Shown: positions 1 through 8,777 of the stretch, piece by piece
Position numbering within the stretch: position 1 is the stretch's first letter
How the letters are laid out: each line of letters begins with the position of its first letter
Source of the DNA: a virus
Taxonomy: Duplodnaviria; Caudoviricetes
IMG/VR virus record: IMGVR_UViG_3300017917_003016
Coordinates: 96,001 to 160,000 of that record
Length of the DNA stretch: 64,000 nt
Strand: one strand, 5' to 3'
Program-made: the position numbers and the translations under genes
The notes under the pieces: generated by a model
What the model was told of the DNA's origin: nothing
The model's input: only the letters and a program-made list of their open reading frames with translations
The model's database searches: none

Positions 1-79
1 GCCGCCGTTTAAAAATACTTTTATTTCTACAAAAATTGAATTAAATACTAAGCAACGACTTTTATAAGGGGGTGCTATT

Positions 80-193
80 ATGTTAGAAATGCTATTTTGG
101 GTAGCAGTTGGTGCGGTTGTTGGTTGGCATGTTCCCCAACCTGCCTGGGCTAAGACTCTTCAAGATAAAGTTCTAAGTATTTTTGGAAAATAA
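80..193 (+). CDS. small putative membrane protein (37 aa, MLEMLFWVAVGAVVGWHVPQPAWAK...)
   Basis: Translated by hand; GGGGGTG RBS-like stretch upstream; one hydrophobic helix; below the ORF-track cutoff. Confidence 0.55.
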   Translation: MLEMLFWVAVGAVVGWHVPQPAWAKTLQDKVLSIFGK

Positions 194-202
194 TCACTTA
201 AC

Positions 203-586
203 ATGGCTTACAGTGACAAAGTAATTGAACATTATGAAAACCCACGCAATGTGGGAAGTTTTGACAAAGATGAGCAGGGAGTGGGCACCGGTATGGTTGG
301 TGCTCCTGCCTGCGGCGATGTGATGAAACTACAAATTAAAGTTGAAAATGACATCATTACAGATGCTAGATTTAAAACATACGGGTGTGGGTCGGCTATT
401 GCTAGTTCGTCTTTGGTTACCGAATGGGTTAAAGGCCGTACACTTGATCAGGCCCGGGCAATTAAGAATACAGAAATCGCAGAAGAACTTGCGCTTCCAC
501 CTGTCAAGATTCATTGCTCGATACTTGCAGAAGATGCAATACGTGCAGCCATAGACGACTACAGAAAGAAAAATCAAAATGATTGA
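203..586 (+). CDS. iscU: Fe-S cluster scaffold protein IscU
   Basis: YSDKVIEHYENPRNVG, APACGDVM, GCGSAIASSS, LPPVKIHCS motifs. Confidence 0.97.
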   Translation: MAYSDKVIEHYENPRNVGSFDKDEQGVGTGMVGAPACGDVMKLQIKVENDIITDARFKTYGCGSAIASSSLVTEWVKGRTLDQARAIKNTEIAEELALPPVKIHCSILAEDAIRAAIDDYRKKNQND

Positions 587-761
587 TAGTCCCTGTATTG
601 GTGTTTGTCGGTTAGAAAACGAAAAATGTGTGGGCTGTGGTCGCACCAAATCTGAAATTGCCGATTGGTGGGACATGACTGATAATCAAAAACAACAAAT
701 TTTAGATAGACTATTAGATGATTACCTTAACGAAAGCAGCCGCAACGGCTATTGGTCATAG
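579..761 (+). CDS. small Cys-rich protein, DUF1289-like
   Basis: SPCIGVC...CVGCGRT..EI..W pattern. Confidence 0.7.
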   Translation: MIDSPCIGVCRLENEKCVGCGRTKSEIADWWDMTDNQKQQILDRLLDDYLNESSRNGYWS

Positions 762-1038
762 CATAGACAAAAGAGGTCAAGGTCTAGGAATTCGTGTTGG
801 TGTTAAAACCACTGGTTGTAGCGGTATGAGTTACGTCTTAGAATATGTAGATGTTCAAAATGCTGATGATCAAATATTTGAATCTTATGGTGTAAAAATA
901 TTTGTAGATAGAAAAAATCTAATCTATGTTGATGGTTTGGTAATGGACTGGCAGCGACAGGGCCTTAATGAAGGATTTGAATTTTCCAACCCTAACGAAA
1001 AAGGACGTTGCGGTTGCGGGGAGAGTTTTACAGTATGA
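718..1038 (+). CDS. iscA: A-type Fe-S carrier IscA/HesB
   Basis: TTGCSGMSY and C-terminal CGCGESF. Confidence 0.95.
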   Translation: MITLTKAAATAIGHSIDKRGQGLGIRVGVKTTGCSGMSYVLEYVDVQNADDQIFESYGVKIFVDRKNLIYVDGLVMDWQRQGLNEGFEFSNPNEKGRCGCGESFTV

Positions 1039-1385
1039 AGTTCCCCGTCGTTGAAATAGTTGATCGATATGCTATTGCTGTAGTCAAATTTGAAATGACT
1101 GCCGGTGAAAACAAACAAGAATTAGATTTTTACACAGCACAAATAAATGAAGCAGGAATAGATGTTAATCACACGTTGTTACAAGAATTGATCGAGCACC
1201 ACAAATATGTTTGGTCGCTTGAAGATGACATAAAAAAAGGCAGAGCCGATGCTTTGCCTTTAGAAGAAATCGGAAGACGGGCACTACATGTACGGGATGT
1301 CATGAGTCAGCGTACAGAATTAAAAAATGCACTTGCAGAAGTATACAACGATCCAATACGAGAAATCAAACGTTATCCCGTTTAG
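1035..1385 (+). CDS. hypothetical protein
   Basis: ATG at 1035 overlaps the iscA stop (ATGA coupling). Confidence 0.7.
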   Translation: MKFPVVEIVDRYAIAVVKFEMTAGENKQELDFYTAQINEAGIDVNHTLLQELIEHHKYVWSLEDDIKKGRADALPLEEIGRRALHVRDVMSQRTELKNALAEVYNDPIREIKRYPV

Positions 1386-2388
1386 CCTTTATGGCCTTTT
1401 GAAATCCTTCATTAACCAATGCATTGAGATCTAGTGAATTAACTAGATTCTGATTATGTTCTAGTAATTCCAAATTTTCAAAGTAAATTTTATGGATTTC
1501 CTCAATTGGTTTTGATAAAAAATCGATCATTGATTTAGCCAATGCAACAACACGCCGGCTGTCATTTTCGATAGTGTCATAACTCTCATCGATAATGTGA
1601 GAAAAAGTTTTAAATCCAACAGATCTTAAATACTTCAAACTATGTGCTGGGCCAAGATAAAAAATAATATGTTTAAATAACATACTACAAAAGACCTTTT
1701 CGCTGAAAAATAAATGTTTCCCAGTGAAAAAGGTATCGGTTACTATTGATGTATAACACTCTCTACCAATTGACGGTGGTATCATTAATACCTCAGGTGA
1801 ATCATCAAACCCCGGTAACGGTAATAAACTATCGATAATTGAACAATCATCGATGAATTTATTTTGCACATCGTGTTGGAAACGTTCCATAGTATAATTT
1901 TTCACGTGGCACTTATATGAAACGTGTCCCTGCGCCAGAAGATTGTTTTTGTACAATTCACATAACAGATATTTTCTAGAAAGATAGTCTTTGGTACTGG
2001 CAAAAAGAAATTTTTTGGGTTTGGGCCATAAAGATAAATTTTCTGTTTCGTAATATGTTTTCACATAAAATTGAAAAAGCGGCCACTCGGCATAGGGAAA
2101 TCTAATAAGTTTATCAGGTTGTTGACAAATTTGACCGTTAACAAGAATCATAGGATTTGAAATTGATTCATAAAATTCATTTAATACTTCTATTTCCTGA
2201 TGATATATATCGATTCTGTGACCGATTCCCCATAATACAATCAGACTCTGATTGTTATGGATTTTAAGATTCTTAATAAATTCTGGATAGTTGTAACAGT
2301 CGTCACATCTTATATAATTCCAAGAAAAATTAAATTCGTCCGGAAAATTAAATGTTATATGGTAATTCTTTTCAACAAAAGACTGCAT
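1366..2388 (-). CDS. glycosyltransferase-like phage family protein (paralog 1 of 3)
   Basis: C-terminal SIVTDTFF...FFSEKVF...GFKTFSHIIDESYD motif shared with 31525-32541 and 43860-45023; GT function is inference. Confidence 0.7.
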   Translation of the reverse strand: MQSFVEKNYHITFNFPDEFNFSWNYIRCDDCYNYPEFIKNLKIHNNQSLIVLWGIGHRIDIYHQEIEVLNEFYESISNPMILVNGQICQQPDKLIRFPYAEWPLFQFYVKTYYETENLSLWPKPKKFLFASTKDYLSRKYLLCELYKNNLLAQGHVSYKCHVKNYTMERFQHDVQNKFIDDCSIIDSLLPLPGFDDSPEVLMIPPSIGRECYTSIVTDTFFTGKHLFFSEKVFCSMLFKHIIFYLGPAHSLKYLRSVGFKTFSHIIDESYDTIENDSRRVVALAKSMIDFLSKPIEEIHKIYFENLELLEHNQNLVNSLDLNALVNEGFQKAIKAKRDNV

Positions 2389-2430
2389 TAGATATTTACT
2401 TCCAAAAAAATAAACTATATACTATTTACA

Positions 2431-3129
2431 ATGTTAATCGATAAATTTAATTATACCCCCATCAATAGAGAAACCCTAGACGGTAAAAGGCACTACTGTT
2501 TACCTGATGGCAGTAAGGTCCCTAGCGTTACTACAATTTTAGATAAAACTAAACCTGAAGAAAAACGTCAGGCATTGGCTAACTGGAAAAAGCGTGTAGG
2601 TGAACAACAAGCACAACAGATCACCACAGAAGCCGCTGGCCGTGGTACTCGCATGCATAAGTATCTTGAGGACTATGTTAGAAACAATCGAGTGTTAACT
2701 GATCCAGGATCAAATCCTTTCAGCCAACAAGCACATCAAATGGCCAAAGAAATTATCAATAACGGGCTTGTGCACGTGGATGAAATGTGGGGAATAGAAG
2801 TTCCATTATATGTAAGTGGATTGTATGCAGGGACTACTGATGCTTGCGGTGTACACCAAGGTGCCCCTGCCATACTTGATTATAAACAAACTAACAAGCC
2901 CAAAAAAACCGAGTGGATTGAAGACTACTTCTTGCAGTTAGTAGCCTATGGTTTGGCACACAACGAAACATATGGGACAAATATACGCAAGGGTGTAATT
3001 CTAATGGCAGTAGCACCAAAGCCCAACGAATCAGCAGAATTTCAAACATGGACCATAGAAAATTCTGAATGGGAGCATTGGACTGAGAAATGGCTGTCCA
3101 GAGTTGAGCAGTATTACAAACTAGGATAA
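2431..3129 (+). CDS. PD-(D/E)XK exonuclease (Cas4-like phage exonuclease)
   Basis: PSVTTIL, GTRMH, YAGTTD, ILDYKQT, QLVAY motifs. Confidence 0.85.
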   Translation: MLIDKFNYTPINRETLDGKRHYCLPDGSKVPSVTTILDKTKPEEKRQALANWKKRVGEQQAQQITTEAAGRGTRMHKYLEDYVRNNRVLTDPGSNPFSQQAHQMAKEIINNGLVHVDEMWGIEVPLYVSGLYAGTTDACGVHQGAPAILDYKQTNKPKKTEWIEDYFLQLVAYGLAHNETYGTNIRKGVILMAVAPKPNESAEFQTWTIENSEWEHWTEKWLSRVEQYYKLG

Positions 3130-3157
3130 ATACTAGACAATAACTCAAGGTAAAGCC

Positions 3158-3760
3158 ATGGCAGTCATAACCGTTAGTAAAATACAAGTTCGTAGTGGAT
3201 TCCAGGAAGACCTTCCTTCTCTAGATACAGGTGAATTTGGCTGGTGTGTAGACACTCAACGTCTTTTTATAGGCAAGGGAACACTAGCAGAAGGTGCACC
3301 GACTGTGGGTGTCACTGAAATACTAACTGAATACTCTTCAGGGTTGATAAATATCAGCATTACTGCATTAGAAGCCAACGTTGCTAATCTACAGTCAAAT
3401 GTAGCATTTATATCTTCAATAGTTGGTAATTTAATACCAGTTACAACTCAGTTACTGGATAATCAATCTAGTATTGTTAATATATCAGGTGTGAGCATAG
3501 ATTCTCTTTCTTCTCGGGTTATTAATTATAACATTACTAGAAGTACAGCAATGCGCATTGGAACTATCAAAGTTTCAAACTACGCTGGCAATGCCATAAC
3601 ATTTTCAGATGATTATACCGAAACAGCCAGCACCGGCGTGACTTTGTATTTTACTGGCAATCTTAATTTTGGCAATGCCGTGTTGGGATATACCACAACC
3701 AACACAGGTATTAACGGAAATATTACCTACAACTATCAAGACTTAAGAACAATCACCTAG
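3158..3760 (+). CDS. probable virion structural protein
   Basis: N-terminal KIQVRSG...LDTGEFGWCVDTQRLFIG motif typical of tail/fibre proteins; beta-rich. Confidence 0.6.
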   Translation: MAVITVSKIQVRSGFQEDLPSLDTGEFGWCVDTQRLFIGKGTLAEGAPTVGVTEILTEYSSGLINISITALEANVANLQSNVAFISSIVGNLIPVTTQLLDNQSSIVNISGVSIDSLSSRVINYNITRSTAMRIGTIKVSNYAGNAITFSDDYTETASTGVTLYFTGNLNFGNAVLGYTTTNTGINGNITYNYQDLRTIT

Positions 3761-3761
3761 T

Positions 3762-4223
3762 ATGTGGACAAACTTTTGGAACCTGCGGGTCAATGATAGA
3801 CTAGCGCAGTGGAAAGATATTCGTCACCGGCTTAGTGATTTGCCTATTGATCAGGCTGTTAAAGAATTAAACGACATTTGGAGTTCTGCACCTTTTGTCA
3901 ATTATTATCTTGATCCCAGTAATCCAAGATCATGGCCAGATCCCTGGACTTTATTAGCCGAAAACTACTGGTGTGATGTTGCTAAAGCATTGGGTATCGT
4001 TTATACTTTATACTTCACACGGCATCGTCCGGTGCCAATGGAGATAAGAATTTACTATGATTACCAAGACAAGAGCAGATATAATTTATCTTGGATTGAT
4101 AATGGGAAATATATTCTTAATTGCTATCCCTATGAGATAGTAAATACAGAATCAGTTAAAGATAACAAATTACAATTATTATATCAATATTCAAGCATGG
4201 ACCTGGCACTAGACAAGTACTAA
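3762..4223 (+). CDS. hypothetical protein
   Basis: ORF track; contiguous with neighbours. Confidence 0.7.
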   Translation: MWTNFWNLRVNDRLAQWKDIRHRLSDLPIDQAVKELNDIWSSAPFVNYYLDPSNPRSWPDPWTLLAENYWCDVAKALGIVYTLYFTRHRPVPMEIRIYYDYQDKSRYNLSWIDNGKYILNCYPYEIVNTESVKDNKLQLLYQYSSMDLALDKY

Positions 4224-4236
4224 TAGAGGTAATCAA

Positions 4237-6561
4237 GTGAGTGATATTCAAGTTAAAAAACGTAGCGGAGCATTAGTTCCATTAGATCTAACCAAGTGGC
4301 AGAATCAGATCGCAAAGGTCTGTCAGAGAATCGCTGACGTTAGTCAAAGTATGATTGAAATCAAAGCGCAGCCGCATTTTTACGATGGGATTAGTACTCG
4401 AGAAATTGACGAAATTACTCTACGTGCTATAGTTGATCTTATTGATGTAGAACAGAATCCCAATGTTGGTCATACAAATTATCAATATGTAGCAGGTAAA
4501 CAGCGCCTTAGTATGCTACGTAAAGATGTATATGGCGACTACCAAGTTCCCCATCTCTATGAGATTGTTAAAAAAAATATAGCAACTGGCCTCTACACAC
4601 CAGAATTACTTGAATGGTATTCGGAAGAAGAGTGGGATCGTATGAATGATATTATTGACCACGACAAAGACGAAGAATATTCCTATGCTGCTATCGAGCA
4701 ACTAATTGAAAAATATTTGGTTCGCAATCGTAGTACCAAACAAATATATGAAACTCCACAGATAAGATATATCGTTGCTGCTGCTACGGTATTTCATGCT
4801 GAACCGCAAAAAGAAAGACTAAAATACGTTAAAGAATACTATAATGCCTCTAGTGATGGCCTATTTACTTTGGCCACCCCTGTGCTTGCTGGACTTGGCA
4901 CACCTACCAAACAGTTTAGTAGTTGTGTGCTCATCCGTAGTGATGATGATCTCGATAGTATTTTTGCCAGCGGTGAGATGATGGCCAAGTATGCCAGCAA
5001 ACGTGCTGGCATTGGTCTAGAAGTTGGCAGACTCAGACCCTTGGGTAGCCCTATTCGCGGCGGTGAAATCATGCATACTGGTATGATTCCATTTCTTAAA
5101 AAGTGGTTTGGTGATCTGCGTAGTTGCAGCCAGGGAGGCATACGCAACGCCAGTGCCACAGTGTTCTATCCCATATGGCATCATCAGTTTGATGATCTTA
5201 TTGTCCTTAAGAACAATCAGGGTACAGAAGAAACACGTGTACGGCACATGGACTATGGTGTTGTACTCAACGCCATGTTCTGGCGTCGTTTTAAAAATAA
5301 AGAAAATATCACATTCTTTGATCCTAATGAAGTCCCTGATCTATACGAAGCCTTTTATAGAGACACAAAACTATTTGAAGAACTCTACGAGAAGTATGAA
5401 GCCAAACGGGGACTACGCAAGAAGGTACTCAGCGCCGAGGAAGTATTCAAGAGTGGCATACTCAAAGAACGCACAGACACTGGACGCATCTATCTTGTGT
5501 TTATTGACAACGTAATGGATCAAGGACCATTTGACCCAGAATATCACACTATCTATCAAAGTAACTTGTGTTGCGAAATTTTACTGCCCACCAAACCTTT
5601 CAAACGTTTGGATGATACCAATGGAAGAATCGCTCTTTGTACGTTAGGCAGTATAAATTGGGGAGCGTTCCGTAATCCTGAAGATATGCGTAGAGCATGC
5701 CGTATCCTCCAACGCAGTTTGTGTAATATTTTAGACTACCAGGATTTCCTAAGTGTGCAAAGTCGACTCAGCAATGATGAGATTCAACCTTTGGGTATTG
5801 GTGTGACTAACTTGGCCTATTGGCACGCCAAACGCGGATTAAGATACGGCGAAAAAGATGCTCTACAAGAGGTCAAGTCTTGGATGGAGCATCAGGCTTT
5901 TTATCTAACCGAAGCCACGGTAGAATTGGCCAAAGAACGAGGTCCGTGTAAGCACAGCGAATTAACTCGCTATGGGAAAGGGCACTTTCCCTGGGAACGT
6001 CGAGCCTATGCCGTCAATGAACTAGCAGATTTCACCCCCACTAGAGAACTTGACTGGGAGCAATTAAGGTCAGAGATGAGACAATGGGGAGTTCGCAATG
6101 CCACACTTATGGCCATTGCTCCGGTTGAATCCAGTAGTGTGGTGATTAATTCGACCAATGGTATTGAAATGCCCATGAGTCTGATCAGTGTAAAAGAAAG
6201 TAAAGCAGGTTCATTTATACAGGTTGTACCGGAGTACAATAAACTAAAGAATCGTTACCAAATGATGTGGGAACAAACTGACTGCCAAGGTTATCTAAAA
6301 ACTGCTGCGGTGTTGGCTGCTTACGTTGATCAAAGTATAAGTACAAATACGTTTTATAATCCAGCGCACTTCCCAGACCGTAAGGTACCAACCACACTAA
6401 TTGCTAGGAATTTGATGCAGGCACATCGGTGGGGAATAAAGACTTTCTATTATAGTTTGATAAACAAACAGGGTTCCAAGGCACAAGAAGAAACTATTGC
6501 GGATAAATTGTCACTTTCAGAAGAATTACCAGAAGAGGATTGCGAAAGTTGTAAATTATGA
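4237..6561 (+). CDS. nrdA: class Ia ribonucleotide reductase alpha subunit with N-terminal ATP cone
   Basis: GTG start; VKKRSG cone; SSCVL; QSNLCCEI; APVESSS; C-terminal CESCKL. Confidence 0.98.
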   Translation: MSDIQVKKRSGALVPLDLTKWQNQIAKVCQRIADVSQSMIEIKAQPHFYDGISTREIDEITLRAIVDLIDVEQNPNVGHTNYQYVAGKQRLSMLRKDVYGDYQVPHLYEIVKKNIATGLYTPELLEWYSEEEWDRMNDIIDHDKDEEYSYAAIEQLIEKYLVRNRSTKQIYETPQIRYIVAAATVFHAEPQKERLKYVKEYYNASSDGLFTLATPVLAGLGTPTKQFSSCVLIRSDDDLDSIFASGEMMAKYASKRAGIGLEVGRLRPLGSPIRGGEIMHTGMIPFLKKWFGDLRSCSQGGIRNASATVFYPIWHHQFDDLIVLKNNQGTEETRVRHMDYGVVLNAMFWRRFKNKENITFFDPNEVPDLYEAFYRDTKLFEELYEKYEAKRGLRKKVLSAEEVFKSGILKERTDTGRIYLVFIDNVMDQGPFDPEYHTIYQSNLCCEILLPTKPFKRLDDTNGRIALCTLGSINWGAFRNPEDMRRACRILQRSLCNILDYQDFLSVQSRLSNDEIQPLGIGVTNLAYWHAKRGLRYGEKDALQEVKSWMEHQAFYLTEATVELAKERGPCKHSELTRYGKGHFPWERRAYAVNELADFTPTRELDWEQLRSEMRQWGVRNATLMAIAPVESSSVVINSTNGIEMPMSLISVKESKAGSFIQVVPEYNKLKNRYQMMWEQTDCQGYLKTAAVLAAYVDQSISTNTFYNPAHFPDRKVPTTLIARNLMQAHRWGIKTFYYSLINKQGSKAQEETIADKLSLSEELPEEDCESCKL

Positions 6562-7106
6562 CCTACGGATTTATTAAAAATGTTATCCTTCGTGAAGGCA
6601 AGGAAAAACTAGTCATTGAAGAATTGCCATACGGTAAGCGTGATCTCGCGCCCAGCATTTCCAAAGATACCATAGACTATCATTATGAGAACCTAGCCAA
6701 GACCTATGCCAAAAGATATAATGCAGGAGAAGGGGACCCTGACTTCAATGAAGCAGGCGTATTTCTACACAATACACTTTTTCCACAGTATAAAAAATAC
6801 GACAAAGATAATGCACCTGCGGGACAGATAGAAGAATTTATAAATAAACATTTTACCAGTTTTGCCAAGTTCAAAGAAGAATTTCAAAAAGTTGCTATGA
6901 CCATACAGGGCAGCGGTTGGGTTTATCTAAGTCAAAGCGGTAAAATTAAAACTATAAAGAATCATGAAATCAAAAGCGATATAGTATTATTGATAGATTG
7001 GTGGGAACATGCCTGGGCATTAGACTATCAGGCCGATAAAAAAGATTATTTAGAAAATCAGTGGTATATAATTAACTGGACAAAAATTGAGGAGCGACTA
7101 CGATGA
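6558..7106 (+). CDS. sod: Fe/Mn superoxide dismutase
   Basis: LPY..DLAPSIS, YH, FLHN, GSGWVYL, DWWEHAW; all four metal-ligand positions appear present. Confidence 0.92.
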   Translation: MTYGFIKNVILREGKEKLVIEELPYGKRDLAPSISKDTIDYHYENLAKTYAKRYNAGEGDPDFNEAGVFLHNTLFPQYKKYDKDNAPAGQIEEFINKHFTSFAKFKEEFQKVAMTIQGSGWVYLSQSGKIKTIKNHEIKSDIVLLIDWWEHAWALDYQADKKDYLENQWYIINWTKIEERLR

Positions 7107-8203
7107 GCCGAGCACAATACGACCTAAAACACGACACAGACTATCTTAACCGCAAGATGTTTTTAGATCCTGCAGGGCCTGTGACTATTCAACGTTTTGA
7201 AGAAGTCAAATATAATAAACTAGCAAAGTTTGAGCAGACTGCTCGCGGATTCTTTTGGGTTCCAGAAGAAATTAGTCTAACCAAAGATGCTAACGATTTT
7301 AAGGATGCCAGTAGCACAGTCAAACATATTTTTACCAGCAATCTGCTAAGACAAACTGCACTTGACAGCCTACAAGGCCGTGGCCCAGCACAGGTGTTTA
7401 CTCCTGTGGTAAGCATTCCTGAACTTGAAGCGTTGATGTACAACTGGAGTTTCTTTGAGACTAACATACATTCACGCTCATACAGCCACATTATTCGTAA
7501 CATCTACAATGTGCCTAAGGATGTGTTCAATACCATTCACGAAACTAAAGAAATTGTTGACATGGCATCTACTATTGGTCGCTATTATGATGCACTACAT
7601 GACGTCAACTGCCGTGTAGAAATGGGACAAAAAGTCACCGAAAAAGAACATATTAAGGCTATATGGCTGGCACTTAATGCCAGTTATGGCCTAGAAGCGT
7701 TCCGCTTTATGGTATCATTTGCTACTAGCCTTGCTATGGTGGAAAATAAGATCTTCATCGGCAATGGCAACATTATCAGTCTAATCCTGCAAGATGAAGT
7801 ACTGCACAAAGACTGGACCGCATGGTTAATCAATCAAGTGGTCAAGGAAGACCCTCGCTTTGCTGAAGTTAAACGTGAATGCGAGGGAGAAGTATATGCC
7901 ATGTACATGGATGTGATTCGTGAAGAAAAGGCATGGGCTGATTATCTATTCAAAATGGGTCCAGTTATTGGACTAAACGCCAATATTCTTAAGGATTTTG
8001 TTGACTATACTGCACTGAACGCGCTCAAAGAAATCGGCATTAAGTATCTTGAACCTGCCCCAAGAAACACACCTATTCCGTGGTTTAACAAGCACTCAGA
8101 CACTAGCAAGAAGCAGACTGCACTACAAGAAAATGAATCAACTAACTACGTCATAGGCGTTATGAGTGATGCTATCGACTATGATCTATTGCCAGAATTA
8201 TAA
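7103..8203 (+). CDS. nrdB: class Ia ribonucleotide reductase beta subunit
   Basis: FFWVPEEI, LDS, ETNIHSRSY (radical Tyr), LEAFRF, DEVLH. Confidence 0.97.
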   Translation: MSRAQYDLKHDTDYLNRKMFLDPAGPVTIQRFEEVKYNKLAKFEQTARGFFWVPEEISLTKDANDFKDASSTVKHIFTSNLLRQTALDSLQGRGPAQVFTPVVSIPELEALMYNWSFFETNIHSRSYSHIIRNIYNVPKDVFNTIHETKEIVDMASTIGRYYDALHDVNCRVEMGQKVTEKEHIKAIWLALNASYGLEAFRFMVSFATSLAMVENKIFIGNGNIISLILQDEVLHKDWTAWLINQVVKEDPRFAEVKRECEGEVYAMYMDVIREEKAWADYLFKMGPVIGLNANILKDFVDYTALNALKEIGIKYLEPAPRNTPIPWFNKHSDTSKKQTALQENESTNYVIGVMSDAIDYDLLPEL

Positions 8204-8214
8204 GAGGAAAAATT

Positions 8215-8478
8215 ATGTTAACTGTATATTCTAAATTAAACTGCCAATTTTGTGACCAGGCTAAACATCTACTCAAAAGCAAAGACATTGCTTTTGAAGA
8301 AGTAAGAGTTGATCAGGATTCGACTGCTCGTCAATTTTTAATGGAACAGGGTCATCGTTCAGTGCCGCAAATTTATCTAGGTAAAGAACTTTTTGTAGAA
8401 AACGGTTATCAAGGGCTGACCAAATTGTCAGACGATGAGTTACGTACAAAGTTAGGAGATTCAATTGTTAGCAACTAA
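8215..8478 (+). CDS. grx: glutaredoxin
   Basis: CQFC active site; RSVPQI. Confidence 0.92.
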   Translation: MLTVYSKLNCQFCDQAKHLLKSKDIAFEEVRVDQDSTARQFLMEQGHRSVPQIYLGKELFVENGYQGLTKLSDDELRTKLGDSIVSN

Positions 8479-8776
8479 GCCTTATGAAAAAGACACTATT
8501 GTTAGTTTAAAACTGGTTAACGGCGATGAAGTTGTGGCCAAAATTATTGAAGAGACTGCTACAAGTTATGTAGTTAGTAAACCTTGCACAGTTGTACCCA
8601 GTGCCAAGGGTTTGGGGCTTATACAGAGCCTCTTTACCAGCGACTTAAATAAGAGTATAACTCTAGACAAGAGCCATGTAATGCTGCATAGTATTACTAT
8701 CAAAGATGTTGAAAATTATTACATACAAACCACCACAGGAATAACTCCAGCGGGCAGCGGGGGTATTATAACCTAA
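8465..8776 (+). CDS. hypothetical protein
   Basis: TTG start with AGGAG upstream. Confidence 0.7.
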   Translation: MLATKPYEKDTIVSLKLVNGDEVVAKIIEETATSYVVSKPCTVVPSAKGLGLIQSLFTSDLNKSITLDKSHVMLHSITIKDVENYYIQTTTGITPAGSGGIIT

Positions 8777-8777
8777 A

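Noticed and set aside
2431-3129. Cas4-like nuclease as evidence of a CRISPR system
   Set aside because: No repeat-spacer array or other cas genes in the window; such exonucleases are common stand-alone phage genes.
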